Of a stretch of 64,000 nucleotides of DNA, positions 40,577-50,099 are shown piece after piece. A program made the translations under genes and the position numbers. The DNA is from Methanobacteriota archaeon (lineage in GTDB: Archaea; Thermoplasmatota; Thermoplasmata; SG8-5; JAGLSY01). The notes below the pieces were generated by a model. It did not search any database and was not told the origin of the DNA. It saw only the letters and a list, made by a program, of their open reading frames with translations. The stretch covers positions 193,003 to 257,002 of the forward strand of contig JAEHCQ010000001.1 of the NCBI GenBank assembly GCA_020696385.1. The letters run 5' to 3'. Within the stretch, counting starts at the first letter, position 1. Every line of letters begins with the position of its first letter.

Positions 40577-43270
40577 TCAGCAACCTCTGCCATGCTCGTT
40601 CTTGAGGTCCAGATACGCACTCACATATCCACCGCTCTCATGCTTGATCTCGAAGCCCATTTTGGTCAATAGGTGGATAGCTGGCTTATTGTCCGTCATC
40701 ATCTCCGCATAGAGTTCGTCTATCTTCCTATCCCTGCATATCTCGATCATATAATCCGCCATCTTCGAGCCAAGGCCAAGCCCATGCCAGGGGTCGGCTA
40801 TGATGAAAGCGATCTCGCCATTCTTCTTATCGGGATCCAGTATGACTCTGATAACTCCGAGGATCTTACGCTTGCCCTCATCATTGAGCTCCGCGACTAT
40901 GGCCATCTCTCTGTCGTAGTCGATATTGCAGTATCTGACACGAACCTCATGAGGCGTGTTCTTGATGGATTGGAAGAACCTAAATCGAATAGAACTTTCA
41001 GAGAAATTGTTGAACATCTCCAACCACATTGGCTCATCCTCAGGTTTTATCGGCCTGAGAATGACATCTCGCCCATCCTTCATCTTCCATGGGATCTCGT
41101 ATTTCTTCGGATAGGGGTTGATGACCAGGTGCTCGTATTGTTCCTTAGGCTGGAAGACCTTGTCCTTGTCTATGACCACCCTGGCATCCAGGGCGAAAGC
41201 TCCGTTCTCATCGATGAGCAATGGATTGATGTCCACCTCTTTGATCTCCGGGAAATCAATGAGCATATTGGAGAACCTGACCATGATGGATTGAAGTAGC
41301 TTTATATCGGCTGGTGGACGGCCCCTGAAACCCTTGAGCATGGTGTATATCTTGGTCTCTTCCATCATGCGTTTGGCCAATGTCTGATTGAGTGGTGGTA
41401 GCCCTATTGATATATCCTTGTATATCTCCACGCCAGTCCCCCCGGTTCCGAAGGCAATGACCGGCCCAAACAATGGGTCTGATTTTGAGCCTATTATGAC
41501 CTCATAACCACCTTTGACCATTGGTTGGATGGTGACACCACGTATCTCCGCATCGGGATCATATTCCTTGGCATTGTTGATTATAGTATCAAAGGCTTGT
41601 TTGACCTCCTCGTCAGATCCAATATTGAGCATGATGCCTTTGGCATCCGTTTTGTGAACTATCTGAGGCGAGTGTATCTTCATGGCAACTGGATAACCTA
41701 TCTGGAAAGCCTTTTGAACGGCTTGAGATTGAGTTTTGGCTATCTCGGTCCTGACAACTGGTATCTCATAATAATCCAGCAAACGCTTTGCCTCTGATTC
41801 CGTGAGTATCTCCCGCCCCTCTTTGGCCGCATTTCTCATTATGACCATCAAAGGCCTTTTGGGAGGTGCACCATCCATCGTCATCTCATCTGGAGTTTCA
41901 TAAAGTAACTCCAGATTTCGCTTGTACTGGTACATGTACATATAGGCATCAATGGCCTGTTCAGGCGTGGCATAGGTCGGTATATTGTTCTTGGAGAAAA
42001 CCTGATTCGCCTTCTCCACTCCCTTTCGACCGATAAATGATGTCAATATCGTCTTTGAGTTATGTTTTCCATCCTTGATCACCTTGACGATCCTTCTCGC
42101 GGAATCTGTTGGATCTGCAACACCTTGGACTGTGTTTATCAGAAGTATTCCATCTATCCCTTTATCCTTCAAACAGGCCTTGAAAACGGTCTCGTATCGA
42201 TCAGAGCCGGCATCCCCAAGTATGTCAATGGGGTTTCCATGGCTCCAGTAGGGGGGCAGTTTCTCATCCAGCTCCTTTATCGTTTCAGGACTGAGCTGTG
42301 CCAATTTACCACCCTTTTGTATGAGCGCGTCGGTGGCCATTATTCCGGGGCCACCGGCATTGGTGATTATCGCCAACCTCGGGCCTTTTGGCAGTGGCTG
42401 GGTTCCCAGAATGGCCGAGCAATTGAAAAGGTCGCTGATATCATTCACCCTGATCATTCCCGCTCTCTTGAAGGCCGCATCGTATATCGCATCCTCACCG
42501 GTCATGGATCCCGTGTGGGAAGCTGCTGCTTGAGCACTCTCATAGAACTTTCCAGCCTTGACCACGATGATGGGCTTGGTTCTGGCAAAGTGACGAGCCG
42601 CGCTGATGAACTTCTTCGCATCTTTTATTCCTTCGATATAAAGAAGGATGCTTCGAGTATCTGGGTCAGATCCAAAATGATCGATCAGCTCTCCAAAATC
42701 CACATCGATCATGGAGCCAATTGACACGAAGGCACTGAGGCCGATATTCTCATGTATGGCCCAATCCAATGTTGCAGTTCCAAGAGCTCCGCTCTGAGAT
42801 ATGAAAGCTATCTTTCCAGGTTTGGGCATCTTGCCTGCAAAGGTGGCATTCAATTTGACATCCGGTCTTATGACGCCCAGACAATTAGGTCCGATTATTT
42901 TGAGGTTGTACTGGTTCTTTATCTCCATTATTTCCTGTTCCAATGCCCTGCCCTTGGCTCCTATTTCCTTGAAGCCAGCAGATATGATGATGATGCCCTC
43001 GATACCGGCCTCGCCACATTCTTTCACAATGCCAGGAACGGTCTTCGCGGGTGTGGAAATTATGGCCAGGTCCACAACTTCAGGTATATCCTTGACGGAC
43101 TTGTAGGCCTTGACCTCGAGGATCTTCTTCTTCCTTATGTTCACAGGGAAGACCTTGCCTTCAAAACCTGAGTTGGTCAAGTTCTGCATCAGTCTGCTTC
43201 CTACTGTCCCTTCCTCATCACTAGCGCCTATCAGGGCTATGTTCTGTGGTTTGAATATCTTGTCCAGCAT
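40577..43270 (-). CDS. Pat-like protein: NDP-forming acyl-CoA synthetase (alpha+beta) domains fused to a C-terminal GNAT acetyltransferase domain
   Basis: 897 aa. N-terminal CoA-binding/succinyl-CoA-synthetase-like region (IALIGASDEEGTVGS...), an ATP-grasp region, and a C-terminal about 160-aa GNAT fold (...IAFIIADPWHGLGLGSKMADYMIE...). This matches the bacterial Pat/YfiQ architecture. Confidence 0.8.
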   Translation of the reverse strand: MLDKIFKPQNIALIGASDEEGTVGSRLMQNLTNSGFEGKVFPVNIRKKKILEVKAYKSVKDIPEVVDLAIISTPAKTVPGIVKECGEAGIEGIIIISAGFKEIGAKGRALEQEIMEIKNQYNLKIIGPNCLGVIRPDVKLNATFAGKMPKPGKIAFISQSGALGTATLDWAIHENIGLSAFVSIGSMIDVDFGELIDHFGSDPDTRSILLYIEGIKDAKKFISAARHFARTKPIIVVKAGKFYESAQAAASHTGSMTGEDAIYDAAFKRAGMIRVNDISDLFNCSAILGTQPLPKGPRLAIITNAGGPGIMATDALIQKGGKLAQLSPETIKELDEKLPPYWSHGNPIDILGDAGSDRYETVFKACLKDKGIDGILLINTVQGVADPTDSARRIVKVIKDGKHNSKTILTSFIGRKGVEKANQVFSKNNIPTYATPEQAIDAYMYMYQYKRNLELLYETPDEMTMDGAPPKRPLMVIMRNAAKEGREILTESEAKRLLDYYEIPVVRTEIAKTQSQAVQKAFQIGYPVAMKIHSPQIVHKTDAKGIMLNIGSDEEVKQAFDTIINNAKEYDPDAEIRGVTIQPMVKGGYEVIIGSKSDPLFGPVIAFGTGGTGVEIYKDISIGLPPLNQTLAKRMMEETKIYTMLKGFRGRPPADIKLLQSIMVRFSNMLIDFPEIKEVDINPLLIDENGAFALDARVVIDKDKVFQPKEQYEHLVINPYPKKYEIPWKMKDGRDVILRPIKPEDEPMWLEMFNNFSESSIRFRFFQSIKNTPHEVRVRYCNIDYDREMAIVAELNDEGKRKILGVIRVILDPDKKNGEIAFIIADPWHGLGLGSKMADYMIEICRDRKIDELYAEMMTDNKPAIHLLTKMGFEIKHESGGYVSAYLDLKNEHGRGC

Positions 43271-43560
43271 TTTATCACCTCTCCATCTTCAGAGTCAACC
43301 ATTTATGGGCTACATCTGTAGTTTGGGGACTAAGAATCAATAATGAAAGTCACTTTCATTATCGTCTTCTATAGGTGAATATATCCGATCCATTTATAAT
43401 AGCCTATGTTATTATTTCTGTAACAAATAGATAAATAATATTGCCATTATTTACAATATGTAACATAATATAATCACATATATACAAATAGTCCGTCAAA
43501 CATATAATTATGTGGAGAAGATAAAATGAATTCAAATATGATAGAAGAGGTGGATGCATT

Positions 43561-44313
43561 ATGGTATTGGATACTCGAACAAAACAAGAAAGATATCCCT
43601 CAGCTATGCCTTCCTCGAAACCTGACAGGATAATGACACAATCGCAGATACCGATCAAAGATATTGATCCTTCGATACCATCAAAAAAATGTAGCACAGG
43701 TCAAAAAGATAGTGTCAATATAGTTATATCTAATCACAATATACTCAATAATACGGATGATAATATGACAAATAGTAGCGAAATACCCCAAAAAAAGTCA
43801 AATAGTAACAAATCAGAGTATGGTGATAAGATCCTTCAAAGCCTGATGGATGACCCCACAAGAAGTGATAGCGAGATCGCCCAGGATCTGAACACCTACA
43901 GGCAGAAGGTCTGGCGACGCAGAAAGGAACTGGAAGAAGAAAATGACATCTGGGGATACACCGCGGTGGTGGACGAGAGCAAACTGAATCACGTATCCTA
44001 TATCGTTCTCATGAAGACAAGGACAATGAACAAGGAGCTTGTGGACATACTGATCAAGCGCATAACTCTGGAGGAACCAAGGAAGCAAGGAGTCCGTCTC
44101 AAGAACATGTTCTATGTGAATGGCGAGTTCGACTGGGTCATACGTTTCACGGCTCCAGATCATGCAACTGCTAGGAAATATTTCGAGACATTAAGGCTCC
44201 AATATGCGGATCATCTACAGGAAAAACCAGTCATGATAGACATCAATTTTTCCCTAGTATTAGAGGGAAAACATAATCCAGACCTGAATGAACTACATGA
44301 TTTTGTACCTTAG
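43561..44313 (+). CDS. Lrp/AsnC family transcriptional regulator (HTH + RAM domain) with an unusual N-terminal extension; the true start may be an internal Met
   Basis: C-terminal 150 aa are Lrp-like (IAQDLNTYRQKVWRRRKELEEENDIWGYTAVVD...VIRFTAPDHATARKYFETL). The first about 90 aa are low-complexity and may not be translated. Confidence 0.65.
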   Translation: MVLDTRTKQERYPSAMPSSKPDRIMTQSQIPIKDIDPSIPSKKCSTGQKDSVNIVISNHNILNNTDDNMTNSSEIPQKKSNSNKSEYGDKILQSLMDDPTRSDSEIAQDLNTYRQKVWRRRKELEEENDIWGYTAVVDESKLNHVSYIVLMKTRTMNKELVDILIKRITLEEPRKQGVRLKNMFYVNGEFDWVIRFTAPDHATARKYFETLRLQYADHLQEKPVMIDINFSLVLEGKHNPDLNELHDFVP

Positions 44314-44366
44314 AGGGATTGATGTTTTCTCAATCTCCATAGGTAAATATGACCCTGAAAAATGAC

Positions 44367-45143
44367 TCACCTGGTCATGACATAATAGAACATGGTTGAC
44401 CAGATATAGCTGATTATCACGACTATCACAGTTCCGAACACAGGGCCACAGGAAGGGAAGACCAGATATGCGGCCACAGAATAGACCACAATGTTGAATG
44501 TGCCAGGTATCATTGTGGTGCCTATTGCTCCGGTAAACTCTTCTCCCTGGCGTGTGTAGAGGATTATCATCGTCGATAGGAATATGGCGGGGAAAACAGA
44601 GAGAATGGCACTGATCACTGGGCCGCCCACTGTCGACATGAAGACTGCAAATGCAATTACACTTCCGGCAAATAATCCCCGGAAGGCGATCTCACGCGGC
44701 CTGTACTTGACCCTACTTCCTCCCACACCCTCATAGTTCCTCCTGGCCCCGAACCAGGCCAGAGCCGTCAGGGCAGCAATTGTGTATATGGTTAGTGTGA
44801 CGATAATGGAGTCCGGGTGAAGTAGATAGAGGGATAATGCAAGAAGGAACCAGCCTGCCATAGAGGTTGCCAGTGCCTTTCCAAGACCGAGCTTTATGGT
44901 GGAAACAAACAGTAGGAGGAACACGATATTTATGCCCATGCCAGCGGGAATGGTTCTGGCAGTCTCGACTGCAAGTTCAGTTCCACCGTCCAGTCCAATA
45001 AAGAGCAAGGCTACTATAATTGTGGAGGGTAGGGTGACCAGAACTCCGCCCCTCCTTGAACCGAATCTCTCAGCCACCAGTGTCATGCCTATCACCCAAA
45101 AGGATGCCAGAATGAAGGATAGGAATGTCTGAAGCATTGCCAC
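44367..45143 (-). CDS. Integral membrane protein (about 8 TM), function unknown
   Basis: 258-aa hydrophobic ORF with multiple predicted TM helices. Confidence 0.55.
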   Translation of the reverse strand: MAMLQTFLSFILASFWVIGMTLVAERFGSRRGGVLVTLPSTIIVALLFIGLDGGTELAVETARTIPAGMGINIVFLLLFVSTIKLGLGKALATSMAGWFLLALSLYLLHPDSIIVTLTIYTIAALTALAWFGARRNYEGVGGSRVKYRPREIAFRGLFAGSVIAFAVFMSTVGGPVISAILSVFPAIFLSTMIILYTRQGEEFTGAIGTTMIPGTFNIVVYSVAAYLVFPSCGPVFGTVIVVIISYIWSTMFYYVMTR

Positions 45144-45560
45144 GCCCTATGTTGAACCGCCTATATTATTCTCACTTCGAGGATGATGCCGTGAAGACAG
45201 TAGTGAAGCTAGCTGAGTTATCGGATAATGGATGGACAGTGGCTTGACCCTTTGAATACAGTTATTATCAATAATAGAATGAAAGAGATCTTATACCTCT
45301 GGATACATACAATTAGGAGAGACTTATATAAAGAATAAGTGGGCCTGTCCGAATTTCCAAACAGCCGGCTATTTTCATGCCGGCCTCTTTTGAATCGGAG
45401 ATCTCCGCCGTGTGAAGGCGGCGTCATAACCTGGCTAGACCACAGGCCCGAGTTGGTATTACCTGGAAATGCCAATGAGTAATAAAGATTTTCTATGAGC
45501 CCACCCATTCAATAGCCAAAAGGTATTTATCATATCTATCATTCACACCACTATCTGAAT

Positions 45561-45634
45561 GGGCCCGTGGGTTAGCTTGGCTATACTTGTGGCTTTGGGA
45601 GTCACAGACTCCGGTTCAAATCCGGGCGGGCCCA
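45561..45634 (+). tRNA. tRNA-Pro (anticodon UGG)
   Basis: Manually folded. Acceptor stem GGGCCCG/CGGGCCC (7 bp). T-arm TCCGG-TTCAAAT-CCGGG. Anticodon stem GTGGC/GTCAC with loop TTTGGGA, giving U33 and anticodon TGG. D-arm with GG in the loop. Discriminator A; no encoded CCA. Confidence 0.75.
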
Positions 45635-45869
45635 CTTTTCTTTACTATATTTTATATACATTCATAGAAAAATGGCAAGACTTGAAGCGTTACATTTCTC
45701 AGTGATGGCTTCAAGTCGTAGCCATCAATCTTTTTCTAAGCCAGTGTTTTATATCCATAAAGAAAAAGATTGTTGGGTAGACTTGGGCTGCGAAGCAGAA
45801 CAAGGCTAAACCCATCTTTGTTTTTATTTAAAGGTTAAATAGGCAATCCAGCACAAATTCGTTTTGGTC

Positions 45870-46277
45870 TTAACACAAAACAATTCTAACTCGTTTTTGT
45901 GATTCATGTGCATTCTTACAGACAATGATAAGCTCATTTAAAATTGATTTGAGGTCATCAACATCTTTTTTCTGAAGCAAATATCCTTCCAAAGGCATAC
46001 TAATCATATCTTCTCCTTCATTGTTCATTGCTGACAATAATGAAGAAAAGGTTTCCATCAAGGATAATGGAGATTGCCATGCTTCAGCACCTTCGCTACC
46101 ATCAGTTGCTAAATGGAATGATTCCAAATCAAACTCGTAAACTTCTGAAAGATAATTAGTTGTTGAATCAGAATCATAGGTAAGATCAAAATATAACTTT
46201 GCAAATAATCTTGAATCTTTTGGTGGCCAGTCATCCGGTTCCATCCCTTCAACTTGTAATGTCGCATCTATTCCCAT
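45870..46277 (-). CDS. Hypothetical acidic protein (135 aa), second gene of the low-GC cassette
   Basis: ORF in AT-rich DNA overlapping the upstream gene by 10 nt. No recognised motif. Confidence 0.5.
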   Translation of the reverse strand: MGIDATLQVEGMEPDDWPPKDSRLFAKLYFDLTYDSDSTTNYLSEVYEFDLESFHLATDGSEGAEAWQSPLSLMETFSSLLSAMNNEGEDMISMPLEGYLLQKKDVDDLKSILNELIIVCKNAHESQKRVRIVLC

Positions 46278-47245
46278 ATGTTCTCCTCAATTAATCTATC
46301 AAATTCAACAGCATACTTTGGTATTCTTTCATTATTCAAATCTAAATTAATTTCATCAAATATATCGCCCAATGATAAATTATTCTTAGTGCCATCACTA
46401 ACAATTTCAAAAATATCTAGTAGAAGATTTTCTCCTAAAACTAATCCTCTTCTAAATTCAATTATCCGTTCCATTTTCTTACCTTTGGCTTCATCAAACT
46501 CTACTGTTCTTTGAAAATTTGATGGTTTCGTGATTACTCTCCAAGAAATGTTAGGATGTTTGAGCCTCAATAAGAAGCCAAAATACAATGCAAAAATATC
46601 ATTACATATTGTCAAATTTGACTTGGAATATCTAGTTGATTTCGGTATATCATTTAACTGTTTTAAAATATTTTGAAAAATGTCGATTTTTTGGCCAAAA
46701 TTTGTGCCAGGATAATGTAATCCAAGATTTTTGGAAATTGTTGATTCCATTTCCTTATATTTCAGTGTGGCTTCATTATATCGAGTACCATATTCATATT
46801 TTAGATTTTCCCATATCCTACATAATGACATTTCTAATGAGGCTAATGGGGATCTCGATGCATAGTATCTATATTTTTTTGGTAGCCTTTTACGTGTATA
46901 TATGATAACTGGCTTTCCACGTAAATCATCTGAAAAACTTAATTCCCCAAATATGAAATCAAGTCCTGCAAATTCATCATCAGTATGTAGTGGAAGATCA
47001 TACAGAATAATCGGGACTTTCACATATTCTTTATAATCTGTAACATAATGGATAATAACTCTTTCGTCAATTTTTGGCAGATGTTTAGGGCCAACTTTTG
47101 AGATTTTAATACCGTTTTCAGTGAATTGTTTTTTTATGAGTTTTAATTCACTCTTTTTAAATTCAGACCATTCTTCTCCTCTATTTGGAATTTTAATATT
47201 TGGAAAGTCAGAATTTGTTGGTGTTAATTCAATTAGCTCATCCAT
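46268..47245 (-). CDS. Hypothetical basic protein (325 aa), first gene of the low-GC cassette
   Basis: ORF with a GGAGGGAGG RBS about 12 nt upstream of the ATG. K/R-rich. No recognised motif. Confidence 0.55.
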   Translation of the reverse strand: MDELIELTPTNSDFPNIKIPNRGEEWSEFKKSELKLIKKQFTENGIKISKVGPKHLPKIDERVIIHYVTDYKEYVKVPIILYDLPLHTDDEFAGLDFIFGELSFSDDLRGKPVIIYTRKRLPKKYRYYASRSPLASLEMSLCRIWENLKYEYGTRYNEATLKYKEMESTISKNLGLHYPGTNFGQKIDIFQNILKQLNDIPKSTRYSKSNLTICNDIFALYFGFLLRLKHPNISWRVITKPSNFQRTVEFDEAKGKKMERIIEFRRGLVLGENLLLDIFEIVSDGTKNNLSLGDIFDEINLDLNNERIPKYAVEFDRLIEENIWE

Positions 47246-47378
47246 TCATTAATCCTCCCTCCTTCCTTTTAGTTGAATCTGATTACTTAAATCTTTGCAC
47301 CCCCTAACTGGTCATTATTTTCCAGTTATATTATATACTCAAACTCACATTTTCTACAAAACAGAGGGAGAATACATT

Positions 47379-48764
47379 ATGACGAATTATGAAGATCAAA
47401 ATAAGATACTGGACAAATGCCAGTCGCATATTGAGAAAGCGAATGTCGATTTCATTGACATTCGCTACGAAATAAAAAAGGAGATCGATATCGGCTTTGA
47501 AAGCGCTGATATCAAAGAGGTTGGCTCGAATACCACGGATGGATATGTTATACGGGTATTGAACAATGGCGGTTTCGGCCTATCGATAGTGACGAAGCCA
47601 GATGACATTCCCTGGGCGATAGAGAAAGCCCAGGAGGCTGCGAAGGTGATATCGACCATAGACCGATCGGAACTGGCGGATGTTCCCGTGGTTCAGGATA
47701 TCATCACATTGAAGCTTGAGCATGATCCCAGGGATGTGCCCCTTGAGGAAAAGATGGAGCTTACCAGGAAGTACAATGACATCATGCTGGCACAGCCGGA
47801 GATATCATCCACCAGTTTGGCTTACAGCGAGGTGTACCGCCAGAAATTCTACGTAAACTCAGAAGGAACAAGAGTTGCTGAGGAACTTATGACCGTGAGT
47901 ATGACCGGCCAGGCAGTCGCTTCAAGAGACGGGATATCCCAGAATATCCGAGTGGGCATTGGTGGATCCACTGGCATGAAGAACCTGTATGGGAGGGACG
48001 ATGTCTTTGTTCGCAGGGCGGAAATAGCTCGGGAACTCCTGGATGCCGAGCCAGTCAAAGGCGGGACTTACACAGTTTTATTGAATTCCAGCATGACCGG
48101 GGTATTCGCCCACGAGGCCTTCGGACATTTCAGCGAGGCCGATGGCCTGGAGAATAATAAATCACTGAGAGAGAAGATGCAGCTGGGTCTCAAATTGGGA
48201 TCGGACAAGATCACGATAGTCGCGGACTCCACAATGGAAGGAGATCTTGGTTACTATCAATATGATGATGAAGGTGTCAGGGTGAAGAAGATCACATTGC
48301 TGGATAAGGGCATACTGACTGGAAGACTTCATTCGAGGAAGACCGCGGCAGGCTTCGGGGAGAAGTATACTGGCCACTGTATTGCCGAGGATTATCGATA
48401 CTCGCCAATTATCAGAATGGGGACCATTTTCGTAGAGGCTGGTGACAAGGACTTTGATGACCTTGTCAAGGAAGTTGGGGATGGACTGTACATTTGCGAT
48501 GCGAAGGGCGGCCAGACTGTTGGCGGCAACTTCACATTTGGAGCCCAGTACGGCTACCTGATAAAGGATGGAAAGGTCGGGCCAATGGTCCGAGATATCA
48601 ACATGATGGGAAATCTCTTCACCACTCTTGAGAATATAACAGAGGTGGGAAATGACTTCCACCTTTCAGAAAGGGGTGGATGTGGCAAAGGCCAGTGGAA
48701 TATCAAATCCGCGCATGGTGGACCGCATATGATTATCAAAGAAACTGTCGTGGGGGGTGTTTGA
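47379..48764 (+). CDS. tldD: TldD family metalloprotease
   Basis: HExxxH motif (VFAHEAFGHFSEAD) and a glycine-rich C-terminal region. The start is set at ATG 47379 (GAGGGAG RBS) rather than the track's TTG 47295. Confidence 0.85.
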   Translation: MTNYEDQNKILDKCQSHIEKANVDFIDIRYEIKKEIDIGFESADIKEVGSNTTDGYVIRVLNNGGFGLSIVTKPDDIPWAIEKAQEAAKVISTIDRSELADVPVVQDIITLKLEHDPRDVPLEEKMELTRKYNDIMLAQPEISSTSLAYSEVYRQKFYVNSEGTRVAEELMTVSMTGQAVASRDGISQNIRVGIGGSTGMKNLYGRDDVFVRRAEIARELLDAEPVKGGTYTVLLNSSMTGVFAHEAFGHFSEADGLENNKSLREKMQLGLKLGSDKITIVADSTMEGDLGYYQYDDEGVRVKKITLLDKGILTGRLHSRKTAAGFGEKYTGHCIAEDYRYSPIIRMGTIFVEAGDKDFDDLVKEVGDGLYICDAKGGQTVGGNFTFGAQYGYLIKDGKVGPMVRDINMMGNLFTTLENITEVGNDFHLSERGGCGKGQWNIKSAHGGPHMIIKETVVGGV

Positions 48765-50072
48765 TTGAAAAGAGTATTGGAAATAGCGGATAAACTGGCA
48801 GATGAGGCCGAGATATTATTCCTGGAAGAAAAGGCATCCAGCCTCACTATAGAGGATTCCAAATTAAGAGATATAGAAGGAACCATAAATTCAGGTTATG
48901 CTCTCAGGCTTATCAAGGATGGAAAGATAGGCAGTGCTTTCACTCGCAATCTCATAAATAGGGAGGAACTGGTGAAGAATGCACTGAACTCCCTGATAGG
49001 CAATGTGAAGGCTGATTACAGCTTCCCAGAGCCTGCGAAGATAAAAGAGTTCACGCAGTTCAGCAAGGAAACAGAAAGCCTCACCTATACGGGCCTTCTG
49101 GACAAATGCAATGACGCGATCCATCATTTCGAGGGTAAGGTAGAGGGGCAGATCAATTGTTATTCGGGTTCTGGTATTAGAACCAGAAAAATAATGAACA
49201 CTCATGGCGTGGATCATGTGGAAGAAAGTTCCATGTTCTACAGTGTGCCAGCATTGGTATATCCAGGTACTCATACCTCTATAATGAATATATTTATGAC
49301 CGTGGCACCACAGAGTCTCACCCATACCGAACTGCAGGACCAGCTTGATCTTTACACATCCTCTTTACCAGAAGTGGAAATTGGTTCTAGCAAGATGAAG
49401 GTCATGTTCATGCCGGGAGCCTTTACCGGCCTGATATGGAGATTGAATGCAGGAACCAATGGCAAGAACTTCTATGAAAAGAGCTCGCCATTGGTCAATA
49501 AAGTCGGTGATAAGATCATATCCGACAAGATCACTGTGACCAATGATCCCTTTGACCTTGAGAGGCCAGGAGCCTGTGCCTTTGATGATGAGGGAGTGGC
49601 AGCAAGAAAGCTGGACATCATCAAGGATGGGGTGCTTGAAACATGCTTCGTGGACCTTGATTATGCGGATAAACTTAACATGGAGCCAACGGGAACAGGC
49701 TTTAGAGAGACCCTGTGGGGCGAGGATGGTGTATCCATCCCCATAATCCCAAACCCAAAGCACATGCGTATACAGCCAGGAAAAGAGACCTACAAGGGAT
49801 TGCTGGGCATGATGGATGAGGGTGTCATAGCTCTAGATATGATCGGGTATCATTCAGGCAATATCCTTAATGGGGATTTCTCAATGGGGATGAATCCCGG
49901 CCTTTATGTCAAGAATGGAGAGATCATCGGAAGGGTGAAGGATGGCATGGTGGCTGGTAATGTCTATGATATGCTGAGCAATGTGCTTGGTGTGGAGGAT
50001 AGGATACACGATAAGAATGGCAGGCCACACCCATGCGTGCTCTTCGATGATGTCGCGGTCTCGGCCAAGTAA
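48765..50072 (+). CDS. pmbA: PmbA/TldE family protein (partner of TldD)
   Basis: 435 aa with TldD/PmbA-fold character. Immediately follows tldD with 0-nt spacing. Confidence 0.8.
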   Translation: MKRVLEIADKLADEAEILFLEEKASSLTIEDSKLRDIEGTINSGYALRLIKDGKIGSAFTRNLINREELVKNALNSLIGNVKADYSFPEPAKIKEFTQFSKETESLTYTGLLDKCNDAIHHFEGKVEGQINCYSGSGIRTRKIMNTHGVDHVEESSMFYSVPALVYPGTHTSIMNIFMTVAPQSLTHTELQDQLDLYTSSLPEVEIGSSKMKVMFMPGAFTGLIWRLNAGTNGKNFYEKSSPLVNKVGDKIISDKITVTNDPFDLERPGACAFDDEGVAARKLDIIKDGVLETCFVDLDYADKLNMEPTGTGFRETLWGEDGVSIPIIPNPKHMRIQPGKETYKGLLGMMDEGVIALDMIGYHSGNILNGDFSMGMNPGLYVKNGEIIGRVKDGMVAGNVYDMLSNVLGVEDRIHDKNGRPHPCVLFDDVAVSAK

Positions 50073-50099
50073 GGAATCGAGAATTAAGGATTGTGTTAA

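Larger units (their letters stand above)
45635..47290. other. Low-GC islet (about 25-33% GC against about 47-53% in the flanks) directly 3' of tRNA-Pro, carrying a two-gene overlapping cassette of unknown function: candidate horizontally acquired/defence or toxin-antitoxin-like module
   Basis: Hand-counted 60-bp lines give 22% GC inside against 53% just outside. The two minus-strand ORFs overlap by 10 nt and a strong GGAGGGAGG RBS precedes the first. No att-like repeat of the tRNA 3' end was found at the far boundary. Confidence 0.4.

Noticed and set aside
42062-43171. Plus-strand ORFs 42062..42724 and 42752..43171
   Set aside because: They are antisense within the Pat-like gene, which has clear domain-level coding evidence on the minus strand.
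45364-45430. Two short palindromes (gccggc-n9-gccggc; ctccgcc-n7-ggcgg) upstream of tRNA-Pro as a possible small RNA
   Set aside because: They are too short and generic. More likely they are terminator/promoter-proximal hairpins; no further support.
45635-47290. att-site direct repeat of the tRNA-Pro 3' end at the distal edge of the low-GC islet
   Set aside because: No copy of ...aatccgggcgggccc... was found near 47250-47300 by eye. The islet is therefore reported as compositionally anomalous only, not as a defined integrated element.
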